Notes under the pieces: model-generated
The model's input: the letters and a program-made list of their open reading frames with translations, nothing else
Told to the model about the DNA's origin: nothing
The model's database searches: none
In this document: one piece after another, positions 28,252 through 36,867 of the stretch
Position numbering within the stretch: the stretch's first letter is position 1
Layout of the letters: each line of letters begins with the position of its first letter
Made by a program: the position numbers and the translations under genes
Source: an uncultured Prevotella sp.
GTDB lineage: Bacteria; Bacteroidota; Bacteroidia; Bacteroidales; Bacteroidaceae
DNA: 64,000 nt
Direction: 5' to 3'
NCBI GenBank assembly: GCA_900315835.1
Contig: ONAR01000028.1
Location: 27,289-91,288, forward strand

Positions 28252-30051
28252 TCAAATAAGTCTCACGCCACCTTTGTCGGCCGAGCTGACGCTCTGCGCA
28301 TAAGCACGCAACGCCTTGCTCACCACGCGGTTACGCTTCAGCAGCTGTTGTTCGCGGGCAGCAAGTTCCTCGTCGCTAAGCTTGACGTTGATGCTGCGGC
28401 TGGGAATGTCGATAACGATGATGTCGCCATCCTTTATCTTACCGATGTTGCCGCCCGATGCTGCCTCAGGTGAGATGTGGCCGATGCTCAGTCCACTTGT
28501 ACCGCCAGAGAAGCGGCCGTCGGTGATGAGCGCACATTCCTTACCCAGATGACGGCTCTTAATATATGATGTAGGATAGAGCATCTCCTGCATGCCGGGA
28601 CCTCCCTTTGGTCCCTCATGGGTGATGACCACACAGTCGCCACTCTTCACCTTGCCGCCAAGAATGCCTTCGCAAGCATCCTCCTGCGAGTCGAAGACCA
28701 CGGCCGGACCTTCGAAGTGCCACAGTTCAGGTGCCACACCGGCTGTCTTCACCACGCAACCGTTCTGCGCGATGTTGCCAAAGAGCACAGCCAGACCGCC
28801 ATCTTTGGTATAGGCATGCTGAAGGTCGCGGATGCAACCATTGGCGCGGTCGGTGTCGAGCGACTCCCACTGCTCGTCTTGCGAACCCATCACCGTAGAG
28901 AAACGGCGACCGGGGGCACTGTGATAGATACGTGAGGCTTCGGGGTCAACCGCAGTACCGGTGATGTCATATTTCTTCATAGCCTCATCGAGCGTCGTAC
29001 CATCCACCCGGCGTACGCTGCCATCGATGAGTCCGCCCTTATTGAGTTCATTGAGAATACCGAGGATACCGCCGGCGCGGTTGCATTCCTGCACGCTGTA
29101 TTTCTGCGTGTTAGGCGCAAGCTTACAGATGCAAGGCACCTTACGGCTGAGCATGTCGATGTCGCTCATCTTGAAGTCAACGCCACCCTCCTGAGCCACA
29201 GCCAACAGGTGGAGCACGGTGTTGGTGCTGCCGCCCATGGCGATATCGAGCGTCATGGCGTTAAGGAACGCCTGACGAGTAGCGATGCTGCGCGGCAACA
29301 CCGACTCATCGCCGTCCTCATAATAAGCAAGTGCGTTCTTCACAATCTGGCGGGCAGCCTGCTTGAAGAGCTCAATGCGGTTCTTATGCGTAGCCAGTAT
29401 AGTACCGTTGCCAGGCAAAGCGAGACCGATGGCCTCGGTCAGCGAGTTCATTGAATTGGCGGTAAACATACCCGAGCAACAGCCGCAGCCCGGGCAGGCT
29501 GTCTGTTCAATCTTCGTCAAATCAGCATCGCTCACCGACGTGTCGGCACCGGCAATCATTGCCGTAATCAGGTCGGCGTTCTCGCCTTTCCAGCGGCCGG
29601 CTTCCATCGGGCCACCTGAGCAGAATATCGTAGGAATATTGAGGCGCATGGCAGCCATCAGCATACCCGGCGTCACCTTATCGCAATTGGAAATGCAGAT
29701 CATGGCATCGGCCTTATGCGCATTGACCATATATTCAACTGAATCGGCGATAATGTCGCGCGAAGGCAAGGAATAAAGCATACCATCGTGACCCATAGCG
29801 ATGCCGTCGTCCACAGCAATGGTGTTGAATTCAGCGGCATAACACCCCATCGACTCAATCTCTTTCTTTACAATCTGACCAATCTCATGCAGATGCGTAT
29901 GGCCAGGAACGAACTGTGTAAAGCTGTTGACGATGGCAATAATGGGTTTACCAAACTGCTCATGCTTCATACCTGCTGCCACCCACAGGGCGCGGGCGCC
30001 AGCCATTCTACGGCCTTCCGTACAGACCGCACTCCTTAATTGATGCTTCAT
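28252..30051 (-). CDS. ilvD: dihydroxy-acid dehydratase
   Basis: N-terminal [14 protein letters not shown] and [15 protein letters not shown]e-S cluster motifs. Confidence 0.95.
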   Translation of the reverse strand: MKHQLRSAVCTEGRRMAGARALWVAAGMKHEQFGKPIIAIVNSFTQFVPGHTHLHEIGQIVKKEIESMGCYAAEFNTIAVDDGIAMGHDGMLYSLPSRDIIADSVEYMVNAHKADAMICISNCDKVTPGMLMAAMRLNIPTIFCSGGPMEAGRWKGENADLITAMIAGADTSVSDADLTKIEQTACPGCGCCSGMFTANSMNSLTEAIGLALPGNGTILATHKNRIELFKQAARQIVKNALAYYEDGDESVLPRSIATRQAFLNAMTLDIAMGGSTNTVLHLLAVAQEGGVDFKMSDIDMLSRKVPCICKLAPNTQKYSVQECNRAGGILGILNELNKGGLIDGSVRRVDGTTLDEAMKKYDITGTAVDPEASRIYHSAPGRRFSTVMGSQDEQWESLDTDRANGCIRDLQHAYTKDGGLAVLFGNIAQNGCVVKTAGVAPELWHFEGPAVVFDSQEDACEGILGGKVKSGDCVVITHEGPKGGPGMQEMLYPTSYIKSRHLGKECALITDGRFSGGTSGLSIGHISPEAASGGNIGKIKDGDIIVIDIPSRSINVKLSDEELAAREQQLLKRNRVVSKALRAYAQSVSSADKGGVRLI

Positions 30052-30075
30052 AACCTACCAATTTGTAATTGTGTG

Positions 30076-30083
30076 CAAAGGTA
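30076..30083 (-). promoter_or_regulatory. -7 promoter box (TACCTTTG) for the ilv operon
   Basis: 24 nt upstream of the ilvD ATG, leaving no room for a leader or attenuator. Confidence 0.55.
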
Positions 30084-30303
30084 ATTACTTTTTGGATAAA
30101 TAACGACAATATCAGCAGGAAATAAGACAAAATACAAATAAATAATAAGGCATCATGGCCAAAATCGTTAGAATTCGAAAGTCCTGCGCAATTTTCTGGT
30201 ATGGCCGCAAGCACGTCAATGTGCCAGTACTACGGCCAAATTACCCAAGTACTTCACGTGCAGTACTACAGTAATCAAGGCCGAATTACTCGGGTAGTCA
30301 TTT

Positions 30304-30344
30304 AAAACAGACAATCCCGCCCCACCTCAACGGTGAAACGGGAT
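30304..30344 (-). terminator. terminator of ompA paralog 1
   Basis: Stem atcccg..cacc / ggtg..cgggat, followed on the minus strand by tgtctgtttt. Confidence 0.55.
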
Positions 30345-30380
30345 CTCAACTAATTGTATAAAATATATAGAATATGATGA

Positions 30381-31460
30381 TTACTTCACATAGACCACAG
30401 CGAGGCGGTTAGAAGTAGTACCCTGAACGCCCTTGCCGTTAGCCTCGTCAACGACGACACCCTTGCTCTTCAGGTATGCTGTCTGCGCGAGCCTGAGAAA
30501 TCTTCTGGTTGTTTCCTTGCTGCCTTCAGGAGAAGCAGTACCAACGATCTCAACGTGCTTGCCGCTCTTGATGCCGTCAAGAGCCTTCTTGGCCTCACGG
30601 CTCAGAACGGACTTGCCCTGGGCGAAAGTGACGAACACGAGGTTCTCCACCTTGACTTCCTCGGCGGGAGCCTGTCTCACAATTTCCTTAATCACCTCCT
30701 TGGGCTCCTTGGCAAGCTCCCGGCGCAGGTCATTGATCTGGCTGTTCAGACCGTCAATCTCGCTTTGGTCGCGGGCCTCAAGCACCTTGAAGTTGTGCGT
30801 GCCGTTGGAGTTGAGGAATTTATAGGCAATGCCGGCGTTGAGCTCAACGTAGCTGTGGTTGATGTGGTACTTCACGCCACCGTTGGAAATGTCGTAGTTG
30901 GCAGGGTCGCTCTTGTCGTTCAGTCCATAGAGGATAGCCGGCTCCACATAAGCCTGCCACTGCTTCTTGTTGCCGAAGTTGAAGGCGAAGTCGAGGCCCA
31001 ACTTTGATGTGAGGTTGTTGGGATACGTCTTCTTATGGCTGCCGTCGGTGCGCTCGTTGTTGTAGCCGAAGATGTGGCCCCAGCCGAGACCGGCCACGGG
31101 AATGAGTTCGAAGAAGCGGGGCTCTCCCTTGTAGCCGCCGAACCAGTTGAAGAGGTTCACCGTTCCTATCAAGCTGGTGTTGAGGTAACGCACGGCGGTG
31201 CTTGTGCTACGGAACGGCTTGTCGGAGAAATAAGCATTGCTCTCAACAGCGACACCCAAGACCGGGGTGAACCAGCGGCCGACGCGGATGCCAAAGTTCG
31301 GATCGAGGCCTTTCATCCAGGCATGGCCCGTGGTCTTTGTGGCGAAGCCGCCGTTCACGCCCACGTAGATGTTGTCCAACGTCTTGCTATACTGTACGGT
31401 CTGGGCGCTTGCACCTGCCGCAATCATGGCAGCGGCGACCAGAGAAACTAACTTTTTCAT
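30381..31460 (-). CDS. OmpA-family outer membrane protein, paralog 1 (Pgm6/7-like) with altered peptidoglycan-binding motif
   Basis: Signal peptide, N-terminal beta-barrel, a coiled coil (QSEIDGLNSQINDLRRELAK) and a C-terminal OmpA-like domain. It is 359 aa, a paralog of 35727..36806, and its last approx 100 nt are identical to that gene. Confidence 0.9.
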   Translation of the reverse strand: MKKLVSLVAAAMIAAGASAQTVQYSKTLDNIYVGVNGGFATKTTGHAWMKGLDPNFGIRVGRWFTPVLGVAVESNAYFSDKPFRSTSTAVRYLNTSLIGTVNLFNWFGGYKGEPRFFELIPVAGLGWGHIFGYNNERTDGSHKKTYPNNLTSKLGLDFAFNFGNKKQWQAYVEPAILYGLNDKSDPANYDISNGGVKYHINHSYVELNAGIAYKFLNSNGTHNFKVLEARDQSEIDGLNSQINDLRRELAKEPKEVIKEIVRQAPAEEVKVENLVFVTFAQGKSVLSREAKKALDGIKSGKHVEIVGTASPEGSKETTRRFLRLAQTAYLKSKGVVVDEANGKGVQGTTSNRLAVVYVK

Positions 31461-31505
31461 AATGCTATATCTGATTAAAATATTTAACTTGTTATCTGTC
31501 GGCTA

Positions 31506-31724
31506 TCACTCTGCGTCGTCAAACGAGGGAGAGAACGGCTTGGCAAAAGCTGATCCACCACCCACTTCGCCAGATGTCATTTCACTAATGCCGCCTGTTT
31601 CGTCTGAACCTGAGCCGGAAATTCGGTATCCGGCGCTGTCAGGTCCTGATCCAGATCCTGCCAACACGGTCTCGTTTTCTTCTACCTTGACGACTTTCGT
31701 CATCGGTTTAAAATACTTTTTCAT
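31506..31724 (-). CDS. small acidic Gly/Ser-rich hypothetical protein (72 aa)
   Basis: Sequence MKKYFKPMTKVVKVEENETVLAGSGSGPDSAGY...FDDAE. It has no hydrophobic segment and no Cys. It starts 25 nt downstream of the 1153-aa gene on the same strand. Confidence 0.5.
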   Translation of the reverse strand: MKKYFKPMTKVVKVEENETVLAGSGSGPDSAGYRISGSGSDETGGISEMTSGEVGGGSAFAKPFSPSFDDAE

Positions 31725-31749
31725 ACTTATATAATACTGTTATCCTCTT

Positions 31750-34700
31750 TTACTTAACTTCTATTTTCTTGTTGTTCCAAATATAGATACCTTTCTCAAG
31801 GCCGTCTGTAGTTGTAGCCCCACGCCTTACCAGCATGCCAGAGAGGGTATAGACGTTGCCTTTGGTCATGGGCTTCCTGCTAATCTCGCTGATGCCGGTA
31901 ACGGTGTCGCCGCTGATGATCTCGTCGCCGACAGCCATTGGGACTCTCTTTGCGGCACTGCCGCCGAAATTGATGGAATTGTCGTCGGTCATGTAGCAAC
32001 GCAAGCCGCGGAACTTGTTCACGGCTCCATTCACATAGACCATCTCCGCATTTCCACTTGTCGGCTTCAGAAGGAACGAGTAGAAGCCTGAGCCAACTGC
32101 GCCGAGCTTGTATGTGCCATGCCACGTAATCTTTGTTGCCTCCCAGATGGCGCAGGGGGTGTGGACAAATGAGAGCTCCCTTACCGTAGAGTCGTTCTCA
32201 GCCGTGTCGTAGCTCATGCCATGAATGAGGTAGCACTTGGCAGCAACATAGTCGCTGCCCGTCATGTTCTTCTCGTTGCCGGCTTTCTCATCGGCCAGCG
32301 TGCCGCTGCCGTTGTCGGCCGCAATGTTGCCGTCGATAGTCTCATCGCTGATGTTATCCACCTTGATGATATACGGCGTGTTCTTATGAAGCAGCACGTT
32401 GTTGCCATAGGTCTTGTCAATATAGAACTGCACGAAGTTGGGAGTGTCGGTGCGGAAGTCGGCGGGCTTTGCCAGGCGGGCCTTGCTGCCGAAGGTGGCG
32501 GCGAACTGATTGTAGGTCATATCCACCGGAAGGCAGATGGTAGTCCACATGCCCTGAGCAAAGGAGCGGTTGAGATACATCTTCGTGTTGGTGTAGTCGT
32601 GGGTCTTGTCGAGGGCCGTCTCATTCTCATCCACGAGGAAGGCCACGTTCGGGCAGCTCTCGTCGTCCTCGTAGTCGGGTATGCCGTCAGCGTCGGCATC
32701 AGAGAAGATGCGCATGCCGTAGTAGGACTCGCCATCTTTCAGTGCCTCCAGCACGCCACCGTCACTGATGACAATCTCATCGAAGTCGGCATTAGGCGTC
32801 CAGCGCACGGTATATTTGCCGCCAGTGCCAACAACCTTGGCGTCAAGCGTGTTCCAGTCTGTCTTCTCAGCCACTTTCTGTCCATTGAGATAAGCGTCAA
32901 TCTTGAACACCTTGGCGGCATCGACATTGGCCAGACCAACAATATTGCCCATCGTGATTTCCACCAGATGCTTGCCGGAATAAATCTTTCCCAACTTAAC
33001 GGGGATGACGTTGAACTTGCCTGCTGCACTGACCGTGTTGGCCACCGACAGGTAGTCGTCAAGGTTACCGTCGATGAAATTGGTATAGTTCTCCTTCAGA
33101 CCAACCACGGTAGCTACGCCGCCGAAGCCGCCAAGGAGCGTCTCATCGATACGCGCGCCGTTGTTGTAGCTGACAATCTCGCCCGTCGCGGCCTGCTCTT
33201 CTGCAAACTTCTGCGCGTCGGTGGCATCCTCGCTGAAGGCGTAATACACCTGCACCTTGCTTAGGTCGAGGTTCAACGTAGTGTTGTTGCAAAGCAGCAG
33301 CTCATCCACGTCCTGGTCTGCCTCAAGCTCAACATTGAACTCTGTGGTCGTCTCCTGACTCGTATTGGCGAGGTCAGCCTGCAGCAATTTGAAGTTATGG
33401 TCGCGTGAGACCACCGTAAGCTCCTTACCACCGCCATTGTAGGCATATACTTTCATGGAGTTGAGAAGGTCAACACTGAGCACGTTGGCCGGGAACTTCA
33501 GCACGAAGCCCACCACCGTTCTCTTATCGAGGTGCAATGGGACTGAGCGCTGAACGGCAGCAATGACCGTGGAGCCGGCAAGCTGCAAGCCGCCGACATA
33601 GCTCATGTAGTCGTCAACGGAGCCATTGACAAGGTTGGCGGTATCCTTTTGATTGTCCAACTTGATGAGGGTGAAGCCATTGATGCCTTTCTTCTTCATG
33701 TCTTTATCGGTCATAACGGAATAGGAGACGCTGGGGTCGGTGAAGTTGTTCACCCAAGGCATGGCCGTAGTGTTATATAGACGCTGCACGCCGTAGTTGA
33801 CGGTGGTGGTGCGGGTAGCCTTCGTCGTATCGTCGGTAGCTTCGAAGGTGTAGGTGCCGCCCTTGACAAATCCAGATACTGTGCAGCTCATGTGGTCGGC
33901 TGCATCATTGAGCTTGAGGCTCTTTCCATTATCAGAATTGCACTTCCATGTGACGGGGCGGTTGCTCTTCAGCACCACGTCCTTGGCATCCTCGCAGATA
34001 GTCTGCGCGGCTGAGACGCGGAGCGTGTCGTCAGCATCGATGGAGGGAGGAAGCACGACAAACATGCGGTAAGCCACGGTAGCGCCAAGTCCCAAAATGC
34101 TCTCAGCCCTGAGCTCGACAGCATTGCAATCCTCAGTAAGGGTGGTGATGACGTCCTTACGGCCACCGCCAAGGTCAAGCCCAAGCAGGGTGAATTCTCC
34201 ATCGTTGCCACCCTTGGGAGCCTCCTTCCAGCTCCAAGGGTGGCTAAACAAGCCTGTCTTGTGGCTGGGCGTCATGATATAAGGATGCAGCTTGACGGAA
34301 GATCCCACACCAAGAATGCCGGCGCCTGCTGTCTCGAAGCCTACCGTCATGCCCTTCTTGAAAGGAAGGTTGTTGGCCTCTGCGCCACCATAGGCAGAAA
34401 CGGTTACTGGCGTCCACACCGAAAGCAACGCATTGGTACTGACGTCCACAGAATTGTCGGGATTGTCGTCAATGGTCTTGCCGTTAGCATCAGGAGTCTT
34501 TTGCAAATCTGTGATACACTGACCCAAGACAAGTTTGTCGTTGTCAAAAGTGGTTCCAGGGTATGCTTTCTTCACAGCCTCCTTGAAATCCTCAATGCCA
34601 TTGGTCTTCTCACTGTCGATGAAGTATTTGCCGTTCTTGCCAACAAACGCATACTTCACCGTCATGGCACCGGCGACTTTGGCATTTAAAGCCTGAGCAC

Positions 34701-35211
34701 TGCTAAGACCTATCTCGTCAAAGTCGGCAGGGGCCTTGGCTGCAAACTCCAGGGTGTTCTTGCTAAAGGATGCAAGTTGAAGCTTAAGTAAGGAGCCTTG
34801 TTTTTGCTCGCAAGAGACAGAAGCTATCTCTTTGCCGTCCTTATAGAAGAAAATCCTCATAGGGACATCTATGACATCAAGTTTCAGCACGCTGTTGTCA
34901 ATTGTGACAACGAAACCGGCCGTGGTGCCCTTTGCATAGACGTGCTTTACGTCGCGTACGGTGAAAGTAGGCTCTATGCCTATCTCCGCCTTGACACCGT
35001 TGTAAAAGGGCGCGCCGTTGTCAAGGTTCTTATCGACCAAATACTCAAGGTGAGAGATACCACCGACCACAGACACCGTGGTGTTGAGCCGGTTCACCAT
35101 GCAGTTGGCACCTACCAACGCATGGCGGCGGTCAAGATAGTTCTTGCCCGTGGAGAGTGTGTCCTGATAAACAAGTTTTGAAACATTTGCATCGATGGCC
35201 GATACAGACAT
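31750..35211 (-). CDS. large T9SS-secreted surface protein (as sequenced, lacks its signal peptide because of a frameshift)
   Basis: C-terminus ...GNVYTLSGMLVRRGATTTDGLEKGIYIWNNKKIEVK is a T9SS CTD. There are three internal modules of roughly 180 aa sharing L[VI][DN]GN[LV]DDY ... FDE[IL] ... Y[AG]F. A Ca-binding-like DADADGIPDYEDDESC is present. The ORF starts at MSVSAID with no signal sequence. Confidence 0.85.
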   Translation of the reverse strand: MSVSAIDANVSKLVYQDTLSTGKNYLDRRHALVGANCMVNRLNTTVSVVGGISHLEYLVDKNLDNGAPFYNGVKAEIGIEPTFTVRDVKHVYAKGTTAGFVVTIDNSVLKLDVIDVPMRIFFYKDGKEIASVSCEQKQGSLLKLQLASFSKNTLEFAAKAPADFDEIGLSSAQALNAKVAGAMTVKYAFVGKNGKYFIDSEKTNGIEDFKEAVKKAYPGTTFDNDKLVLGQCITDLQKTPDANGKTIDDNPDNSVDVSTNALLSVWTPVTVSAYGGAEANNLPFKKGMTVGFETAGAGILGVGSSVKLHPYIMTPSHKTGLFSHPWSWKEAPKGGNDGEFTLLGLDLGGGRKDVITTLTEDCNAVELRAESILGLGATVAYRMFVVLPPSIDADDTLRVSAAQTICEDAKDVVLKSNRPVTWKCNSDNGKSLKLNDAADHMSCTVSGFVKGGTYTFEATDDTTKATRTTTVNYGVQRLYNTTAMPWVNNFTDPSVSYSVMTDKDMKKKGINGFTLIKLDNQKDTANLVNGSVDDYMSYVGGLQLAGSTVIAAVQRSVPLHLDKRTVVGFVLKFPANVLSVDLLNSMKVYAYNGGGKELTVVSRDHNFKLLQADLANTSQETTTEFNVELEADQDVDELLLCNNTTLNLDLSKVQVYYAFSEDATDAQKFAEEQAATGEIVSYNNGARIDETLLGGFGGVATVVGLKENYTNFIDGNLDDYLSVANTVSAAGKFNVIPVKLGKIYSGKHLVEITMGNIVGLANVDAAKVFKIDAYLNGQKVAEKTDWNTLDAKVVGTGGKYTVRWTPNADFDEIVISDGGVLEALKDGESYYGMRIFSDADADGIPDYEDDESCPNVAFLVDENETALDKTHDYTNTKMYLNRSFAQGMWTTICLPVDMTYNQFAATFGSKARLAKPADFRTDTPNFVQFYIDKTYGNNVLLHKNTPYIIKVDNISDETIDGNIAADNGSGTLADEKAGNEKNMTGSDYVAAKCYLIHGMSYDTAENDSTVRELSFVHTPCAIWEATKITWHGTYKLGAVGSGFYSFLLKPTSGNAEMVYVNGAVNKFRGLRCYMTDDNSINFGGSAAKRVPMAVGDEIISGDTVTGISEISRKPMTKGNVYTLSGMLVRRGATTTDGLEKGIYIWNNKKIEVK

Positions 35212-35228
35212 ACTGCTCTTAGCAGTAC

Positions 35229-35306
35229 TTACCTCCGCAGCTCGTAAGGGGGGGTAAAGCCCAAGCTTAGAATAGCACTAAGCACTAAAACATGTAAACG
35301 TCGCAT
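35229..35306 (-). other. out-of-frame signal-peptide mini-ORF belonging to the 1153-aa gene
   Basis: ATG at 35306 gives MRRLHVLVLSAILSLGFTPPYELRR*. The n-region and h-region form a canonical Sec signal. It is offset by one base relative to the ATG at 35211 (the two ATGs are 95 nt apart). Confidence 0.7.
35248..35254 (-). repeat. homopolymer G7 (C7 on the coding strand)
   Basis: ...ctcgtaaGGGGGGGtaaagc... It lies in the only stop-free overlap (35232-35277) of the signal-peptide frame and the main ORF frame. Confidence 0.7.
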
Positions 35307-35529
35307 TTCAACGAAGTAAAAATATATCTATAATCTAATTATCCAAAAAGTTCAAATAAATAAGACGGGTAGCAATAAATAAGTTGAAAAGTACGTCTTT
35401 GCTAAATGGATTTCCTATCTATTAAGTTCCAACTAATGCCTTTCTTAGCTTAAACTACGCTATGCTAATCTTAAATACCAAATCTTGTTTTCTAATACAA
35501 TCTAACTAATGTCTTTTTATTTTGCGCTG

Positions 35530-35537
35530 CAAAGGTA
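35530..35537 (-). promoter_or_regulatory. -7 promoter box (TACCTTTG)
   Basis: caaaggta on the + strand, about 225 nt upstream of the signal-peptide ATG, preceding an AT-rich leader. Confidence 0.4.
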
Positions 35538-35659
35538 AGCAGAAAAATTAATATATGAAAAGATTATTGGGGAATCTTTGTCTAAATATTGTTAACGGCG
35601 TGAACGGGCGAAGTCTTTGCCCACACACAAGCAACAGTCTCGCGGCCGCAGACTGGCGC

Positions 35660-35703
35660 ATAAACAGAAATCCCGCCTCACCACTACAAGTGAGACGGGA
35701 TTT
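35660..35703 (-). terminator. terminator of ompA paralog 2
   Basis: Stem aaatcccgcctcac (35668-35681) / gtgagacgggattt (35690-35703). Confidence 0.55.
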
Positions 35704-35726
35704 AATCTATTTCGTTTTATTGGTTA

Positions 35727-36806
35727 TTACTTCACATAGACCACAGCGAGGCGGTTAGAAGTAGTACCCTGAACGCCCTTGCCGTTAGCCTCGTCAACGA
35801 CGACACCCTTGCTCTTCAGGTATGCTGCGCGAGCCTGAGAAATCTTCTGGTTGATTTCCTTGCTGCCCTCGGGAGAAGCAGTACCAACGATCTCAACGTG
35901 CCTGCCGCTCTTGATGCCGTCAAGAGCCTTCTTAGCTTCCTTGGTCAGAGCGGTCTTGCCCTGTGCGAACGTTACGAATACGAGGTTCTCAACCTTAACT
36001 TCCTTAGTGGTAGCGGGAGCTTCCTTAACAACTTCCTTAACAACCTCCTTAGGCTTCTTAGCGAGCTCGTTGCGCAGGTCGTTAATCTGGCTGTTCAGGC
36101 CATCAATTTCGCTCTGGTCACGGAGCTGAGCGATCTTGAAGTTGTGAGTGCCGTTAGAAGTCTTGAACTTATAAACGACACCGGCGTTCAGCTGTGCGAA
36201 AGCGCGGTTGATGTTGTACTGGACATCGTCATAGCCGAAACCGTTGAGACCCCAAACCATAGCGGGCTCGATGTAGATCTGCCAAGCCTTGCTCTCACCG
36301 AGGTTGAAAGCGAAGTCGAGACCGGCCTTAGAGGTCAGAGAGTTGGCACGACCAATCTTGCTTGTATTGAAATCGGGATCTGCCTTACCAACCAGTGCGT
36401 TGCCCTTGGTGCCGAAAGTATGACCCCATCCGAGGCCATAGAGAGCGCTCACCTCGAAAGTACGGGGCTCACCCTTGTAGCCACCGAACCAGTTGCTCAG
36501 GTTAACGGTACCCAGCAGGCTGGTGTTCAGGGCGCGAACAGCAGTGCCGTTGCTCTTCCAAGGCTTGTTGGAGAAATAAGCGTTGCTCTCAACAGCCAGA
36601 CCGAAAACCGGAGTGAAGTTGCGGCCGATGCGAACACCGAAGTTGGGGTCGAGACCCTTCAACCAAGCGTGGCCAGTAGCTTTGGTAGCCACACCACCGT
36701 TGATACCGACATAAATGTTGTCGAAAGTCTTGCTCTCCTCAACGGTCTGAGCAGATGCGCCAGCTGCAATCACGGCAGCAGCGATCAAAGTAAATAACTT
36801 TTTCAT
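35727..36806 (-). CDS. OmpA-family outer membrane protein, paralog 2 (canonical motif)
   Basis: Same architecture as paralog 1. It retains GTASPEGSKEINQKISQARAAYL (the N-x2-[LI]-S-x2-R-A peptidoglycan-binding motif). Confidence 0.9.
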   Translation of the reverse strand: MKKLFTLIAAAVIAAGASAQTVEESKTFDNIYVGINGGVATKATGHAWLKGLDPNFGVRIGRNFTPVFGLAVESNAYFSNKPWKSNGTAVRALNTSLLGTVNLSNWFGGYKGEPRTFEVSALYGLGWGHTFGTKGNALVGKADPDFNTSKIGRANSLTSKAGLDFAFNLGESKAWQIYIEPAMVWGLNGFGYDDVQYNINRAFAQLNAGVVYKFKTSNGTHNFKIAQLRDQSEIDGLNSQINDLRNELAKKPKEVVKEVVKEAPATTKEVKVENLVFVTFAQGKTALTKEAKKALDGIKSGRHVEIVGTASPEGSKEINQKISQARAAYLKSKGVVVDEANGKGVQGTTSNRLAVVYVK

Positions 36807-36859
36807 AATACAAATAGTTGAATTAAATGTTATCTATTTCCCTTTTACTTAAAGCGGTG

Positions 36860-36867
36860 CAAATGTA
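36860..36867 (-). promoter_or_regulatory. -7 promoter box (TACATTTG) for ompA paralog 2
   Basis: caaatgta on the + strand, 54 nt upstream of the ATG at 36806. Confidence 0.5.

Noticed and set aside
30052-30380. Possible leader/attenuator or small gene upstream of ilvD, including a 39-codon ORF at 30155-30274 and repeated cagtactac / ggccRaattac motifs
   Set aside because: The ilvD promoter box sits 24 nt from the ATG, so there is no room for an attenuator. The small ORF is basic, has no family resemblance and lacks a promoter box. The short repeats are too weak to interpret.
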